The notes: generated by a model from the letters alone, not told the origin. A stretch of DNA of 64,000 nucleotides from an uncultured Collinsella sp. (GCA_958436995.1 CAUBMI010000001.1:9068-73067); one strand, 5' to 3'. Shown: positions 18,104 through 28,275, counted from the first letter of the stretch. Translations and numbers: made by a program.

Positions 18104-19834
18104 CTACATACGCCCCAATTCGCCCACGATATGGCCCACGCGATCCTCGGGTTCCTTGACCTCGACACCGTTATAGCGGAAGAACCGCGCCGGGTCGTGC
18201 ATCAGGTCCTCGAGCGGCACCAGCACAAAGTCACGCTCGCCGATCAGCGGATGCGGCAGGCGCAGCTTTTTGCCGCCGTGGGTCTCGCCGTCCATCCACA
18301 GCAGGTCCAAGTCGATGGTGCGCGGACCGTTGGCCTTGGCCTTTTTGGAGCGGTCGCGACCCAGCTCGGCCTCGATCTTCATGAGCTCGTCGAGCAGCAC
18401 CAACGGCGCCAGCTCGGTCTTAATCTCGATGACGGCGTTGGCAAACGCGTCCTGGCGCGTCTCGTAGGCCGGCTCGCTCTCGTAGATCTTGGAGGAGTTG
18501 GACACGCAGGTGAGTGGAATCTCGGCGATCATGTCGCGTGCGGCGCGGATGTTGTCACAGCGATGCCCCAGGTTGGAGCCCACGGCCACAAACGCGCGGC
18601 GCGGCTGCGGCTTGGCAACCGCCCAGTAGCCGTTCAGGAACTGCGCAAAGCCCGCGGCGTCGTGCACGCGCACGATGTTGGCACCGGCCTGGATGGCGCC
18701 CAGGCACACGCCAAACGTAGCGGCATCGCGCTCGGCGGCCTCGGTCACGCCCGAGACGGCGCCCACAAAGCGCTTGCGCGATACGGCGCACATGAGCGGA
18801 TAGCCCAGTGACGCCATCTTGGCAGTCTCGCGCTGGATGACGATGTCCTCGTTGGCCGTCTTGCCAAAGCCCGGACCGGGATCGATGCAGATGCGGTCGC
18901 GCGACACGCCGGCGTGGATGAGCGCGCGGGCCTGGTCGGACAGAAAGCCCATGACGCGGCGCATGATGGGCGCCGAATCGGGCAGGGTGAAGCGGCGGAG
19001 CTGCGAGGTGGGCACGTAGGCCTCCTCGCGGCGGGCGCTGCGGCGCATCATGGCCGCCAGGTGATCATTGGGCTCCGGAGCGGCCTCGGTGGCCTCGGGC
19101 GCGGGCGCGACGGTCTCGGCAGCAGCAGCCTGCTCGGCGGCCGGCGTCTCCTGCTCGCTTGCAGGCTCGGTCGCGGGCTCAGGTTCGCCAAACGGCAACG
19201 AGGGCTGCACCACGCCGCCCGGAAGCTTGGCCTCCGGCTTAGGCTCGCCCAGCAACTTGCCGCGACGGCGACGGGCCGGCTTCTCGGCCTCGCGCGCGGC
19301 CTCGGCAGCCGCTTCGCGTGCCTTCTCGGCAACAAACGCCGCTGCCGAGGTATCGAGCTGCACCGTCGCGTGCGTGCGCGCGGGCGCGGCGACCTCGCCG
19401 GCATGCATCACGATGACGCCGCAGGTGCTCGTCTTAACAAACTCGACCATCTTGGGGTCGGTGAAGCCGGTCACGTCGTTGACGATCGAGGCGCCGCAGC
19501 GCACGGCCGCCTTGGCAACCGCCACATGACGCGTGTCAATCGAGACGATGGCGCCCTCTTTGGCCAGCGCGCGCACCACGGGCAGCACGCGGCGCGCTTC
19601 CTCATCGGGATTGACCGGGGTAAAGCCGGGGCGCGTGGACTCACCGCCCACGTCGATGATGTCGGCGCCGGCGTCGAGCATCGCCAGGCCATACTCGATC
19701 GCGGCATCCGGGTCGAAGTGCTCCCCGCCATCGCTAAACGAATCGGGCGTCACGTTGAGGACGCCCATGATGCGCGGGCGGTCAAAGCTGAGCTCATACT
19801 TTCCGCACCGCCATGTCTTGCTGTCGTTCGCCAT
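18104..19834 (-). CDS. folP: Bifunctional dihydropteroate synthase / HPPK (FolP-FolK fusion)
   Basis: MGVLNVTPDSFSDGG, DVGGESTRPG, DPGPGFGK, SRKRF, RVHD, then VGSNLG, PRTIDLDLL, LPHP..ERDFVLVPL; AGGAGG RBS before 19834. Confidence 0.9.
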   Translation of the reverse strand: MANDSKTWRCGKYELSFDRPRIMGVLNVTPDSFSDGGEHFDPDAAIEYGLAMLDAGADIIDVGGESTRPGFTPVNPDEEARRVLPVVRALAKEGAIVSIDTRHVAVAKAAVRCGASIVNDVTGFTDPKMVEFVKTSTCGVIVMHAGEVAAPARTHATVQLDTSAAAFVAEKAREAAAEAAREAEKPARRRRGKLLGEPKPEAKLPGGVVQPSLPFGEPEPATEPASEQETPAAEQAAAAETVAPAPEATEAAPEPNDHLAAMMRRSARREEAYVPTSQLRRFTLPDSAPIMRRVMGFLSDQARALIHAGVSRDRICIDPGPGFGKTANEDIVIQRETAKMASLGYPLMCAVSRKRFVGAVSGVTEAAERDAATFGVCLGAIQAGANIVRVHDAAGFAQFLNGYWAVAKPQPRRAFVAVGSNLGHRCDNIRAARDMIAEIPLTCVSNSSKIYESEPAYETRQDAFANAVIEIKTELAPLVLLDELMKIEAELGRDRSKKAKANGPRTIDLDLLWMDGETHGGKKLRLPHPLIGERDFVLVPLEDLMHDPARFFRYNGVEVKEPEDRVGHIVGELGRM

Positions 19835-19929
19835 GAACATCCTCCTAAAATGCCCACGCCGCCGAGCTTGGGGAGCTGGCGGCGGGGTCGCTTTGCACTC
19901 AGTCTTTCTATTGTATCCGCGCACGCGGG

Positions 19930-20682
19930 CTAGAACGCAAACGCGGCCGCGATGTCGCAAGAAATCAGCAGGTCGGCATTTGCATCCTGATCGGTAGGCG
20001 CCAAATTGCAAATGGCCAGCGTATCGCCGGTAAAGTAACGCGTAAGGCCCGCCGCCGGATACACCACGAGCGAGGTCCCACCCACAATGAGGGCATCGGC
20101 CGCGGCGATGGCGGCAACGGCACCGGTCAACACATGCTCGTCGAGCGGCTCTTCGTAGAGCACCACATCGGGCTTGATGCGACCACCGCACGCAGGGCAC
20201 ACGGGCACGCCCGCGGCGTCCTCGTGCTCGCGCGAGCAAATCCACTCGGCGCTATAGACCGCGCCGCACGACTGACAAATGTTGCGATGGACCGATCCGT
20301 GCAACTCAAACACGCGCTGCGAGCCCGCCATCTGATGCAAGCCGTCGATGTTTTGCGTCACCACGGCATCAAGCTTGCCGACGCGCTCCAGCTCGGCCAG
20401 CTTGGTGTGGCAGCGGTTGGGCTTAGCGTTAAGCGCAATCATCTTGGTTCGGTAAAAGTCGAAGAACTCCGCCGGATGTGTCTCGTAAAAGCTGTGCGAC
20501 AGCATGCTCTCGGGCGGATAGGCAAACTGCTGGTGATACAGGCCGTCCACGCTGCGAAAATCGGGAATGCCGCTTGCCGTGGAAACACCAGCGCCGCCAA
20601 AGAACACCACGTGCTCGTGGGTATTGAACAGCTCCGCCAGCGCGGCGGAGGCCTGCTTGGGATCTGTTATCGCTTGCGTCAT
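19930..20682 (-). CDS. cobB: Sir2-family NAD-dependent protein deacylase
   Basis: GAGVSTASGIPDFRS, TQNIDGLH, HGS, CxxC...CxxC, KPDVVLYEE, GTSLVVYPA. Confidence 0.92.
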   Translation of the reverse strand: MTQAITDPKQASAALAELFNTHEHVVFFGGAGVSTASGIPDFRSVDGLYHQQFAYPPESMLSHSFYETHPAEFFDFYRTKMIALNAKPNRCHTKLAELERVGKLDAVVTQNIDGLHQMAGSQRVFELHGSVHRNICQSCGAVYSAEWICSREHEDAAGVPVCPACGGRIKPDVVLYEEPLDEHVLTGAVAAIAAADALIVGGTSLVVYPAAGLTRYFTGDTLAICNLAPTDQDANADLLISCDIAAAFAF

Positions 20683-20796
20683 GTTTGTCCTCCGTCCATG
20701 TTGGTCGGGGCGGCCGCGATTGCGCCGTCGTCCGCGGGGCCCGCCCCGCCCCTGTTGCGCTAATCTTAAGCCTGCCAACCCCGTCGAAAGGACACC

Positions 20797-21615
20797 ATGC
20801 CTCAGACTTACACTTTCGCCTCGTGGAACGTCAACGGCCTGCGCGCCGTGCTCAAAAAGGACCCGAGCTTTATCCAGATTGCGCAAGAACTCGACGTCAA
20901 TATCCTGGCGCTGCAAGAGACCAAGCTGCAAGAAGGCCAGGTCGATATTGACCTGCCCGGCTATCACCAAACCTGGAGCTACGCCGAGCGTAAAGGCTAT
21001 TCGGGCACTGCGGTCTTTAGCCGCCAGGAACCGCTGCGCGTGCTGCACGCCGATGCGCTGCTGCCCTACGCCGGCGAGGGTGAGGCAGCTGAGCTCGTTG
21101 CCCAAGCCGCGACCGAGGGCCGTGTCTGCGCGCTGGAGTTCGACAAATTCTGGTTTGTCGACGTCTATACGCCCAACGCCCAAAATGAGCTCGCGCGCAT
21201 CGATGTGCGCATGGCCTGGGACGATGCCTACCGCGGCTTTTTGAACGCACTCGAGCGCGAGACCGGCAAACCCGTCGTGACCTGCGGCGACTTTAACGTG
21301 GCGCACGAGGAAATCGACCTTAAGAACCCCAAGTCCAACCGCGGCAACGCCGGCTTTTCGGACGAAGAACGCGGCAAGTTTACCGAGCTGCTCAACGCCG
21401 GCTTTACCGATACCTGGCGCACGGCAAACCCCGACGTCGAGGGCGTCTACAGCTGGTGGAGCTATCGCTTTAATGCCCGCAAAAACAACGCAGGCTGGCG
21501 CATCGACTACTTCCTGGTAAGCGACGCAATCGCCGACAACGTACGCGACACCGGCATCCGCGGCGACATCTTCGGCAGCGACCACTGCCCCGTCACCCTT
21601 ACGTTGGAGCTCTAA
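20797..21615 (+). CDS. xth: Exodeoxyribonuclease III / AP endonuclease
   Basis: SWNVNGLRA, LQETK, GDFNVAH, GWRIDY, GSDHCP. Confidence 0.95.
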   Translation: MPQTYTFASWNVNGLRAVLKKDPSFIQIAQELDVNILALQETKLQEGQVDIDLPGYHQTWSYAERKGYSGTAVFSRQEPLRVLHADALLPYAGEGEAAELVAQAATEGRVCALEFDKFWFVDVYTPNAQNELARIDVRMAWDDAYRGFLNALERETGKPVVTCGDFNVAHEEIDLKNPKSNRGNAGFSDEERGKFTELLNAGFTDTWRTANPDVEGVYSWWSYRFNARKNNAGWRIDYFLVSDAIADNVRDTGIRGDIFGSDHCPVTLTLEL

Positions 21616-21629
21616 CTCCAGCTGCCCCC

Positions 21630-22110
21630 GGAGACGAAGGAAAACGGATCATTTTGGGCCTCGTGGGGGTATCCGCGTGACCCATCCGCCACGAAACACG
21701 CTCATCTACTACGTTTAAGCCACTACCCTCGACCACAGTGAACAACGCAAAAAGAAAACCGCAGGTAGAAAGCCTACGGTTTTTCATAAAACACGGTTGT
21801 GGTTGGGGGTGTCGGGCCAAACGTAGTAGATAGACCGATTTCGTGGCGGGCGGGTTCAGCTGATTCCCTGGGAACGTCTGGAGGCGAAAGAAAACGGATC
21901 AATTTGGCTCTCCGAGGGCCACGATGCCCGTCGTATCAGCCGGCTATTTCAAAACTATGCCGGTTTACGGGGCTGAATCGCGAACCCCCAACCATACGCA
22001 ATTCCGAAATAATAAAACCGCAGGTAAACGGCTTGCTCTATTTCAAAAATAGCCGGCATGGTCTGCTTGTGCCAATCTGGCCCCGTAAACCGGCATAGTT
22101 TTAAAATGGC
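21630..22110. repeat. Composite intergenic repeat block: two inverted-repeat elements plus a 28-bp direct repeat
   Basis: IR 21678-21716/21819-21858; IR 21943-21973/22080-22110 (23-bp perfect core); DR 21630-21657/21880-21907. Confidence 0.85.
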
Positions 22111-22149
22111 ACTTCGGCAGTATTGATTCCCGCCCCGGCGCAACCAGCC

Positions 22150-22863
22150 CTACAGTCCGTACTTCACGACGACTCGGTTGATGCGGCGACACCAAGGCTT
22201 GTACAGGGCGACCAAAAACACGCAGGTCGCAAGGCCGTGCGTGATATCGAACGGTACGGCGGTGGCAAGACGCGCCATGGCACCCGCCCACGTGAGCGGT
22301 TGAACAAAACCGATAATGTCGTAGGCGTTGATCACAACGCCGTACAGCAAACCCGAAGCAAAGCCGTAGGTCAGCAGCGCCGGCATACGCACGGTGCCAT
22401 CGGCGCGATCAAAAGCGCCGGCATGCGCCAGCGCACCGCCAACGTATCCCACGAGCCCCCAGGCATACATCTGCCACGGCGTCCACATGCCCTGTCCAAA
22501 AAAGAAATTGCTGGTCAGCGCCGCCAGCGCGCCAACCATAAAACCATTGCGGCGACCAAGCGTCGCCCCCGCGATAATGGCGATGGCACTCACGGGTTTA
22601 AAGTCGGGAATGGGGCCAAACAAGATGCGCCCCGCCGCGGCCAACGCCGCCAGAACCAGCGTTGGCATAATCTGGCGCAGGCCCGGTCGCGACGCCTCGT
22701 AGCCTGCAAAGAACAGCGCAAGCACCAGCGCCACCACGACAAGCATGGCGAGCGCCGCCTGCTCAACGCCCGCCAGCAACGCCGCAGCCATCACGGCTGG
22801 CACCGCCAGCAGCAGCGGTATCTCCAGTTTTGCGAGTAGGCGCACGATGCGATAATCCGCCAT
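22150..22863 (-). CDS. ECF transporter S component
   Basis: Multi-TM; FKPVSAIAII, SNFFFGQGMWTPWQM motif; operon with ECF A and T. Confidence 0.85.
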   Translation of the reverse strand: MADYRIVRLLAKLEIPLLLAVPAVMAAALLAGVEQAALAMLVVVALVLALFFAGYEASRPGLRQIMPTLVLAALAAAGRILFGPIPDFKPVSAIAIIAGATLGRRNGFMVGALAALTSNFFFGQGMWTPWQMYAWGLVGYVGGALAHAGAFDRADGTVRMPALLTYGFASGLLYGVVINAYDIIGFVQPLTWAGAMARLATAVPFDITHGLATCVFLVALYKPWCRRINRVVVKYGL

Positions 22864-22867
22864 CCCA

Positions 22868-24511
22868 TCACGCCCTATAAAACACGTTGTCGGCAAAGAA
22901 GTCGGCCGGCGGCTCCATGCAGGCAATCTCGCCATCGAACATCATGGCGATGTCGTCGGCGACCTGCTCAGCAAAGTCCAAATCGTGCGTAGCCATGATG
23001 ACGGTGCCGCCAGCCTTCGCATGGTCACGCAGGGCGCGGGCGATGATGCGGCGGCTCTCCAGGTCCAAGCCCTTCGTGGGCTCGTCAAGCAGCAGCAGCT
23101 CGGGGCCAATCAGCAGCAGCTTTGCCAGCGCGAGCAGCTGGCGCTGTCCGCCCGAGAGGTCGTAGGGGTGACGCGTCTCCAGGCCGTCCAATCCCAGTTG
23201 CGCCGCACGCTCCCGCGCCAAGTTCTCGTCATATCCGCAGGTCGAGGCCCATTCCATCAGCTCATCGCGAACCGTCTCGGCAACCAGCAATGCTTTGGGA
23301 TTCTGAGGCAGCAGCGCCGCCGAGGCCGCTCCGCGCACCATGCGGCCGCGCTGCAGCTTGGCGGTCTTCGCCAGCACCGAGAGCATCGTCGACTTACCGC
23401 ATCCGTTGCCGCCCACGATCGCATGCACCGCACCGGCCGAAAACGCCACGTCGAGCCCGCGCAGCACCCAACCGCCCGCGCGATCGTAGCGAAACCAGCT
23501 CCCTGCCAGGGTGGTAGCCGACCCGCCGTGCATTTTTTGGAGTATTCTGCTCCCATCCGTGCGCGGGAAGGCTTCCGAGCCGTTCTCGAGCGACGTTTGC
23601 GCCACAAATTCGGACGATTTGTCCAATTCCGAACTTTTTTTCGCGCTCGATACGTCCCCGGGCGGCTCCAGAGAGCCCAAATTGTCCTCACGCCTGCTGA
23701 ATACTCCGTTTTTTGCACATCGGACGGCACCCCACCCCAACATGTCGTCGGAAAACAACGATTCTCGGCGTCCCAAAGAAGCCATATCCGCCACCTCGCG
23801 CACGCGACCGTCCTCAATCCGGTACGCGCACGTCGCATACTCGAGCATTGGGCGCGGTTGATGCGTAGCCACAACAACCGTGCAGCCCAACTCACGGTTC
23901 ACGCGAAACAGCGCGTGCAGAAAATTCTTCTCGGCAACGGGATCGAGCTGAGACGTGGGCTCGTCGAGTAGCAGCACACGCGGACGCAGCGCCAGGACGG
24001 CGGCAAGCGACAGCAGCTGCTTGCGGCCGCCCGAAAGCGTGTCAGTATCGCGATGAAGCCAGTCCTCCAGACCAAAGAAATAGCTGGTCTCAGCTACGCG
24101 ACGGCGCATCTCATCACGTGCTAGCCCCAAGTTTTCCAGGCCAAACGCCATCTCGTGCCACACGGTTTCGCACACGATCTGGTTCTCGGGATCCTGGAAC
24201 ACATAGCCCACGCGCTCCGCCGATGCCCGCACGTCCATGTCGGCAACGTTCTCGCCCAGCACGCGCGCATCACCAGTGCGCTCGCCCGCCGGCGCGATCT
24301 CGGGCTTGAGCAGCGACAGCAGCGTCGACTTGCCCGAACCGGTACCGCCAACAAGCAGCGCAAATGCACCTTGGGGAACACGCCAATCAAGCCCCTCGAG
24401 CACCGGTGCCTCGGCCCCGGGATAGGCAAAACTAAGGCCCTGCACCTCAATCGCCGGAATATCCGGGCCGCACGCCGCGCCCGACACCGGGCCCCTATCC
24501 AACCGAGCCAT
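22868..24511 (-). CDS. ECF transporter duplicated ABC ATPase
   Basis: Two Walker A (GGTGSGKST, GGNGCGKST), two LSGG signatures, two LLLDEPT. Confidence 0.9.
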   Translation of the reverse strand: MARLDRGPVSGAACGPDIPAIEVQGLSFAYPGAEAPVLEGLDWRVPQGAFALLVGGTGSGKSTLLSLLKPEIAPAGERTGDARVLGENVADMDVRASAERVGYVFQDPENQIVCETVWHEMAFGLENLGLARDEMRRRVAETSYFFGLEDWLHRDTDTLSGGRKQLLSLAAVLALRPRVLLLDEPTSQLDPVAEKNFLHALFRVNRELGCTVVVATHQPRPMLEYATCAYRIEDGRVREVADMASLGRRESLFSDDMLGWGAVRCAKNGVFSRREDNLGSLEPPGDVSSAKKSSELDKSSEFVAQTSLENGSEAFPRTDGSRILQKMHGGSATTLAGSWFRYDRAGGWVLRGLDVAFSAGAVHAIVGGNGCGKSTMLSVLAKTAKLQRGRMVRGAASAALLPQNPKALLVAETVRDELMEWASTCGYDENLARERAAQLGLDGLETRHPYDLSGGQRQLLALAKLLLIGPELLLLDEPTKGLDLESRRIIARALRDHAKAGGTVIMATHDLDFAEQVADDIAMMFDGEIACMEPPADFFADNVFYRA

Positions 24512-25404
24512 CAGCCAAACCTTTTCTCATCAATCGCGTGCGACGCGCAAGGCAGCATCATCCAGGCAGCGTACACGACATAGCCCAGCCACGGCGCCGG
24601 CACCGAGAGCTGCGGATAAAACGAATACTGCGTTGTCGCGGTCCATGCCACCGCCACCGCGGCGGCACCAAACACCGCAAGCCCAGCCAGCGCGGCAACG
24701 TCGCTGCGCCCCAGTCGATACCGCGCATACGTCGTACGACGCGTCGCGGCACCCCACCCGCGCGAGCGCATCGCGTCCGCGCGCTCCAGCGAATCTTCCA
24801 TGCCCCAGCCCATCAACACACTCGATGCCCGCAAACGCGAACGCACGGGGTCGGCCGGCGCGCGGCCCGGCACATCAATCGCATCCTGCACCGCCAGCAC
24901 CGTACGACAGCGGCGTAAAAACTGCGGGATAAGCCTCATGCACATCGAGATCATGAGCGCAATCACCGGCGCGGCATTGCCCAGCAGCGCGAGTACCTTG
25001 TCGTATTCGAGCATCGATGCCGCCGCCTCAAACCACAGCATGCTCGCCACAAACAGCCCGCCCATGCACAGGCCGTATACCATGCTCTCCAGATACACCG
25101 CGCGCATGCCAATACGGAACAGCTCCGTCGAGCCCGAGGCGCTAAACAGAGGATTGACCAGCGCGATAATCAAAATCACCGGCAGCTGCCAGCGAAGCGC
25201 CCCCAACGTGCGGGCAGCCCCACGCGTCGCAAATCCATACGCCAGCCCGCCCGCAAGTGACAGCGCAATCAGTACCGGCTGCATCGAGAACATAGTGAGC
25301 CCCAGCGTCAGCGCTATATAGAGTGCCGGCACAGCCGGATGCGACATCGAGAATGCCGCGACGGGCTCGCCGCCAAACTCCTCTCGTATGTTGTCCACGG
25401 GCAC
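24511..25404 (-). CDS. ECF transporter transmembrane T component
   Basis: HP motif, MRLIP, ERADAMRSRGW; GTG start approximate. Confidence 0.85.
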   Translation of the reverse strand: MPVDNIREEFGGEPVAAFSMSHPAVPALYIALTLGLTMFSMQPVLIALSLAGGLAYGFATRGAARTLGALRWQLPVILIIALVNPLFSASGSTELFRIGMRAVYLESMVYGLCMGGLFVASMLWFEAAASMLEYDKVLALLGNAAPVIALMISMCMRLIPQFLRRCRTVLAVQDAIDVPGRAPADPVRSRLRASSVLMGWGMEDSLERADAMRSRGWGAATRRTTYARYRLGRSDVAALAGLAVFGAAAVAVAWTATTQYSFYPQLSVPAPWLGYVVYAAWMMLPCASHAIDEKRFG

Positions 25405-25597
25405 CCCCGTCCCCTCGCTCAAACAACAGCTCCGCAGCACCGCCAACGCCGCACGCACGCAGTGCAAACGCCACGCCGGCGGCGCAAGCCTCAACCGCCG
25501 CAAACCAATCGTTACGCGCTCGTCATATGCCTGCGGTATCATATTGCGCCGTGTATCGTTTCCAAACACACGTCTCTATAACGTAACAGGAGATCAC

Positions 25598-27010
25598 ATG
25601 GACGCAACCGCAATTATCCTCGCCGCTGGCGAGGGCACCCGCATGAAGTCGAACCACTGCAAGGTTTCGCACAAGATCCTGGGCAAGCCCATGGTTCAGT
25701 GGATCGTCGACGCCACCATCAAGGCCGGCTGCAGCCGCGTCGTGGTCGTCATCGGCAGCCACGCCGACGAGATGCGCGCCCTTATCGACGGCGCCTACGC
25801 CAACAGCGCCACCAAGGTCGAGTGCGTCGAGCAGACCGAGCGCCTGGGCACCGGCCACGCCGTAAAGGTCGCGCTCGAGGCCTGCGGCATCACGCAAGGC
25901 CCCGTCGTCGTGCTCAACGGCGACCTGCCGCTCATCACCGCCGACACCGTCGCCAAGTTCGCACAGACCGTCGCCACCGGCGAGCTCGCCTGCACCGTCA
26001 TGACCATGACCCCGCCCGATCCTTTTGGCTACGGCCGCATCAAGCTGGGTGCCGATGGTCAGATCGAGCGCATCATCGAGCAGAAGGACTGCACGCCCGA
26101 GCAGGCCGCCACGCTGCTGGAGTGCAACGCCGGCTGCTACGCCTTCGACGGCGCGCAGCTCGCCGCCCACATCAACGAGATCGGCAACGACAACGCGCAG
26201 TCCGAGTACTATCTGCCCGACATGCTCGAAATCCTCAAGGGTCACGGCCAGGCAGCCTCCATCTTCCACTGCGACGACTACCGCGACGGCCTGGGCGTCA
26301 ACAGTCGTATCCAGCTCGCGCAGCTCACCGCCATCGCGCGCGACCGCATCAACGAGCACTGGATGGCAGAGGGCGTCACGTTCATCGACCCCACGCAGGC
26401 TTGGATCGGCCCCGACGCCACCATCGGCCGCGACACCGTCGTGTGGCCGCAGACGCACCTGATCGGCCACGTCACCGTGGGCGAGGAATGCCAGCTCGGC
26501 CCCAACAGCCGTCTCACCGACACCACCGTCGGCAGCGGCTGCACCATCGATGAGACCATCGCCATCGAGGCCGTCATCGAGAACGGCGTCGACTGCGGCC
26601 CGCGCGCCTACCTGCGCCCGGGCACCCACATGCTCGACGGATCCAAGGCCGGCACGCACGTGGAGATCAAGAAGTCCACGATCGGCGAGGGCTCCAAAGT
26701 TCCGCACCTGTCCTACATCGGCGACACCACCATGGGCTCCGGCGTCAACGTGGGCGCGGGCTCCATCACCTGCAACTACGACGGCGTCCACAAGCACAAG
26801 ACCGTCATCGGCAAGGATGCCTTCATCGGTTCCGACACCATGATGGTCGCGCCCGCCCAGATTGGCGACGGTGCACTCGTGGCCGCCGGCTCCGTCATCA
26901 CCGAGCCGGTCCCGGCCGACGCACTCGGTCTGGGCCGCGCCCGCCAGGTAAATATTGAGGGCTGGGCCGCCGATTATCGCCGCCGTCTGCACGAGGACGA
27001 CGAGGTATAA
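25598..27010 (+). CDS. glmU: Bifunctional UDP-GlcNAc pyrophosphorylase / glucosamine-1-P acetyltransferase
   Basis: ILAAGEGTRMKS, LGTGHAV, EYYLPD, hexapeptide repeats, HLSYIGD, NYDG; AGGAG RBS. Confidence 0.96.
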   Translation: MDATAIILAAGEGTRMKSNHCKVSHKILGKPMVQWIVDATIKAGCSRVVVVIGSHADEMRALIDGAYANSATKVECVEQTERLGTGHAVKVALEACGITQGPVVVLNGDLPLITADTVAKFAQTVATGELACTVMTMTPPDPFGYGRIKLGADGQIERIIEQKDCTPEQAATLLECNAGCYAFDGAQLAAHINEIGNDNAQSEYYLPDMLEILKGHGQAASIFHCDDYRDGLGVNSRIQLAQLTAIARDRINEHWMAEGVTFIDPTQAWIGPDATIGRDTVVWPQTHLIGHVTVGEECQLGPNSRLTDTTVGSGCTIDETIAIEAVIENGVDCGPRAYLRPGTHMLDGSKAGTHVEIKKSTIGEGSKVPHLSYIGDTTMGSGVNVGAGSITCNYDGVHKHKTVIGKDAFIGSDTMMVAPAQIGDGALVAAGSVITEPVPADALGLGRARQVNIEGWAADYRRRLHEDDEV

Positions 27011-27025
27011 CGTTTTATCAAGCAC

Positions 27026-27060
27026 AAAAGGAGCTGTTCCATGGGGACGGCTCCTTTTTT
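27026..27060 (+). terminator. Terminator after glmU
   Basis: AAAAGGAGC...GCTCCTTTTTT. Confidence 0.7.
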
Positions 27061-27201
27061 CTATCGTGACCTGCGCGACCGGATGAGTGGTCGGTTCGTG
27101 TCCGTTGACGGTAAAGACGTTATCAGGACCCGATAAACCCCGCCGCGCGGTTACAATGCAACAAGGCATCTATATGGCATTCGATATAAAGGAGAAGGGT
27201 A

Positions 27202-28188
27202 ATGCCGATTAATGATCCCGAGAAGTCGGAGAATATGCGCAAGTCCATCCGCGTGTATTCCGGTTCCTCCAACCGTCCCCTCGCTCAGAAGATCGCTGAG
27301 TACCTTGGGGTCGAGCTTTCGGGCCTTACGCTAAAGCAGTTCGCCAATGGTGAGATTTACGCCCGCTACGACGAGACTGTCCGCGGCGCCGACGTCTTCC
27401 TGATTCAGTCCGTGGCCGGCGGCAACGTCAACGACATGCTCATGGAGCTGCTCATCGCCACCGACGCTGCCAAGCGTGCATCCGCCCGCTCCATCACCGC
27501 CGTTATCACCCACTACGGCTATGCCCGCCAGGACCGCAAGGCCGGCCCGCGCGAGCCCATCACCGCCCGCCTCGTCGCCAACCTGCTCGAGCGCGCCGGC
27601 GTCGACCGCATCATCACCCTCGACCTGCACCAGGGTCAGATCCAGGGCTTCTTTGATATCCCGGTCAACCACCTGTCCGCACTGCCGCTGTTTGGCCAGT
27701 ACTACAACGCCATGAACTTCGACACCGACAACCTGGTTGTCGTCTCCCCCGACGTGGGTCGTGCCAAGGCCGCCAAGAAGCTGTCCGACATGCTCGGCTG
27801 CGACCTGGCCATCGCCCACAAGGGCCGTCCGCGCCACAACGCCGCCGAGGTCATGGGCATCATCGGTGACATCAAGGGCAAGACCTGCGTCATCAATGAC
27901 GACATGATCGACACCGCTGGCACCCTGTGCGCCAACGTCAAGGAGCTCAAGGCTATGGGCGCTGGCGACATCTACGTCTGCGCCACCCACGGCATCTTCT
28001 CCGGTCCGGCCATCGAGCGCCTGAACGACGCCCCCATCGTCGAGTGCGTCGTCACCGACGCCATTCCCGTCGAGGTCGGCGGCAAGATCAAGACCATCTC
28101 GGTCGCCGAGGAGTTCGCTCAGGCCATCTCCGCCGTTTACCACGAGGAGCCCGTCTCCACGCTCGTCGGCGGCGACTTCGCGCTGTAA
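27202..28188 (+). CDS. prs: Ribose-phosphate pyrophosphokinase
   Basis: FANGE, YGYARQDRK, DLHQGQIQGFF, VSPDVG, DDMIDTAGT. Confidence 0.96.
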   Translation: MPINDPEKSENMRKSIRVYSGSSNRPLAQKIAEYLGVELSGLTLKQFANGEIYARYDETVRGADVFLIQSVAGGNVNDMLMELLIATDAAKRASARSITAVITHYGYARQDRKAGPREPITARLVANLLERAGVDRIITLDLHQGQIQGFFDIPVNHLSALPLFGQYYNAMNFDTDNLVVVSPDVGRAKAAKKLSDMLGCDLAIAHKGRPRHNAAEVMGIIGDIKGKTCVINDDMIDTAGTLCANVKELKAMGAGDIYVCATHGIFSGPAIERLNDAPIVECVVTDAIPVEVGGKIKTISVAEEFAQAISAVYHEEPVSTLVGGDFAL

Positions 28189-28220
28189 TCCAACGCACAT
28201 CGCATCATCTTTGATGTTTC

Positions 28221-28254
28221 AAAGGGGGTCGGAAGTTCGCTTCCGACCCCTTTT
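28221..28254 (+). terminator. Terminator after prs
   Basis: GGGGTCGGAAG-TTCG-CTTCCGACCCC-TTTT. Confidence 0.8.
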
Positions 28255-28275
28255 CTATTCCTCGCCAACCCGCCT

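Noticed and set aside
19835..21585. Extended N-termini in the ORF track for folP (20245) and cobB (21585); likewise glmU (25388), ECF-T (25569), GH31 (55201), PTS IIA (59464)
   Set aside because: They overlap neighbouring genes or lack homology-like sequence; downstream starts have clear RBSs
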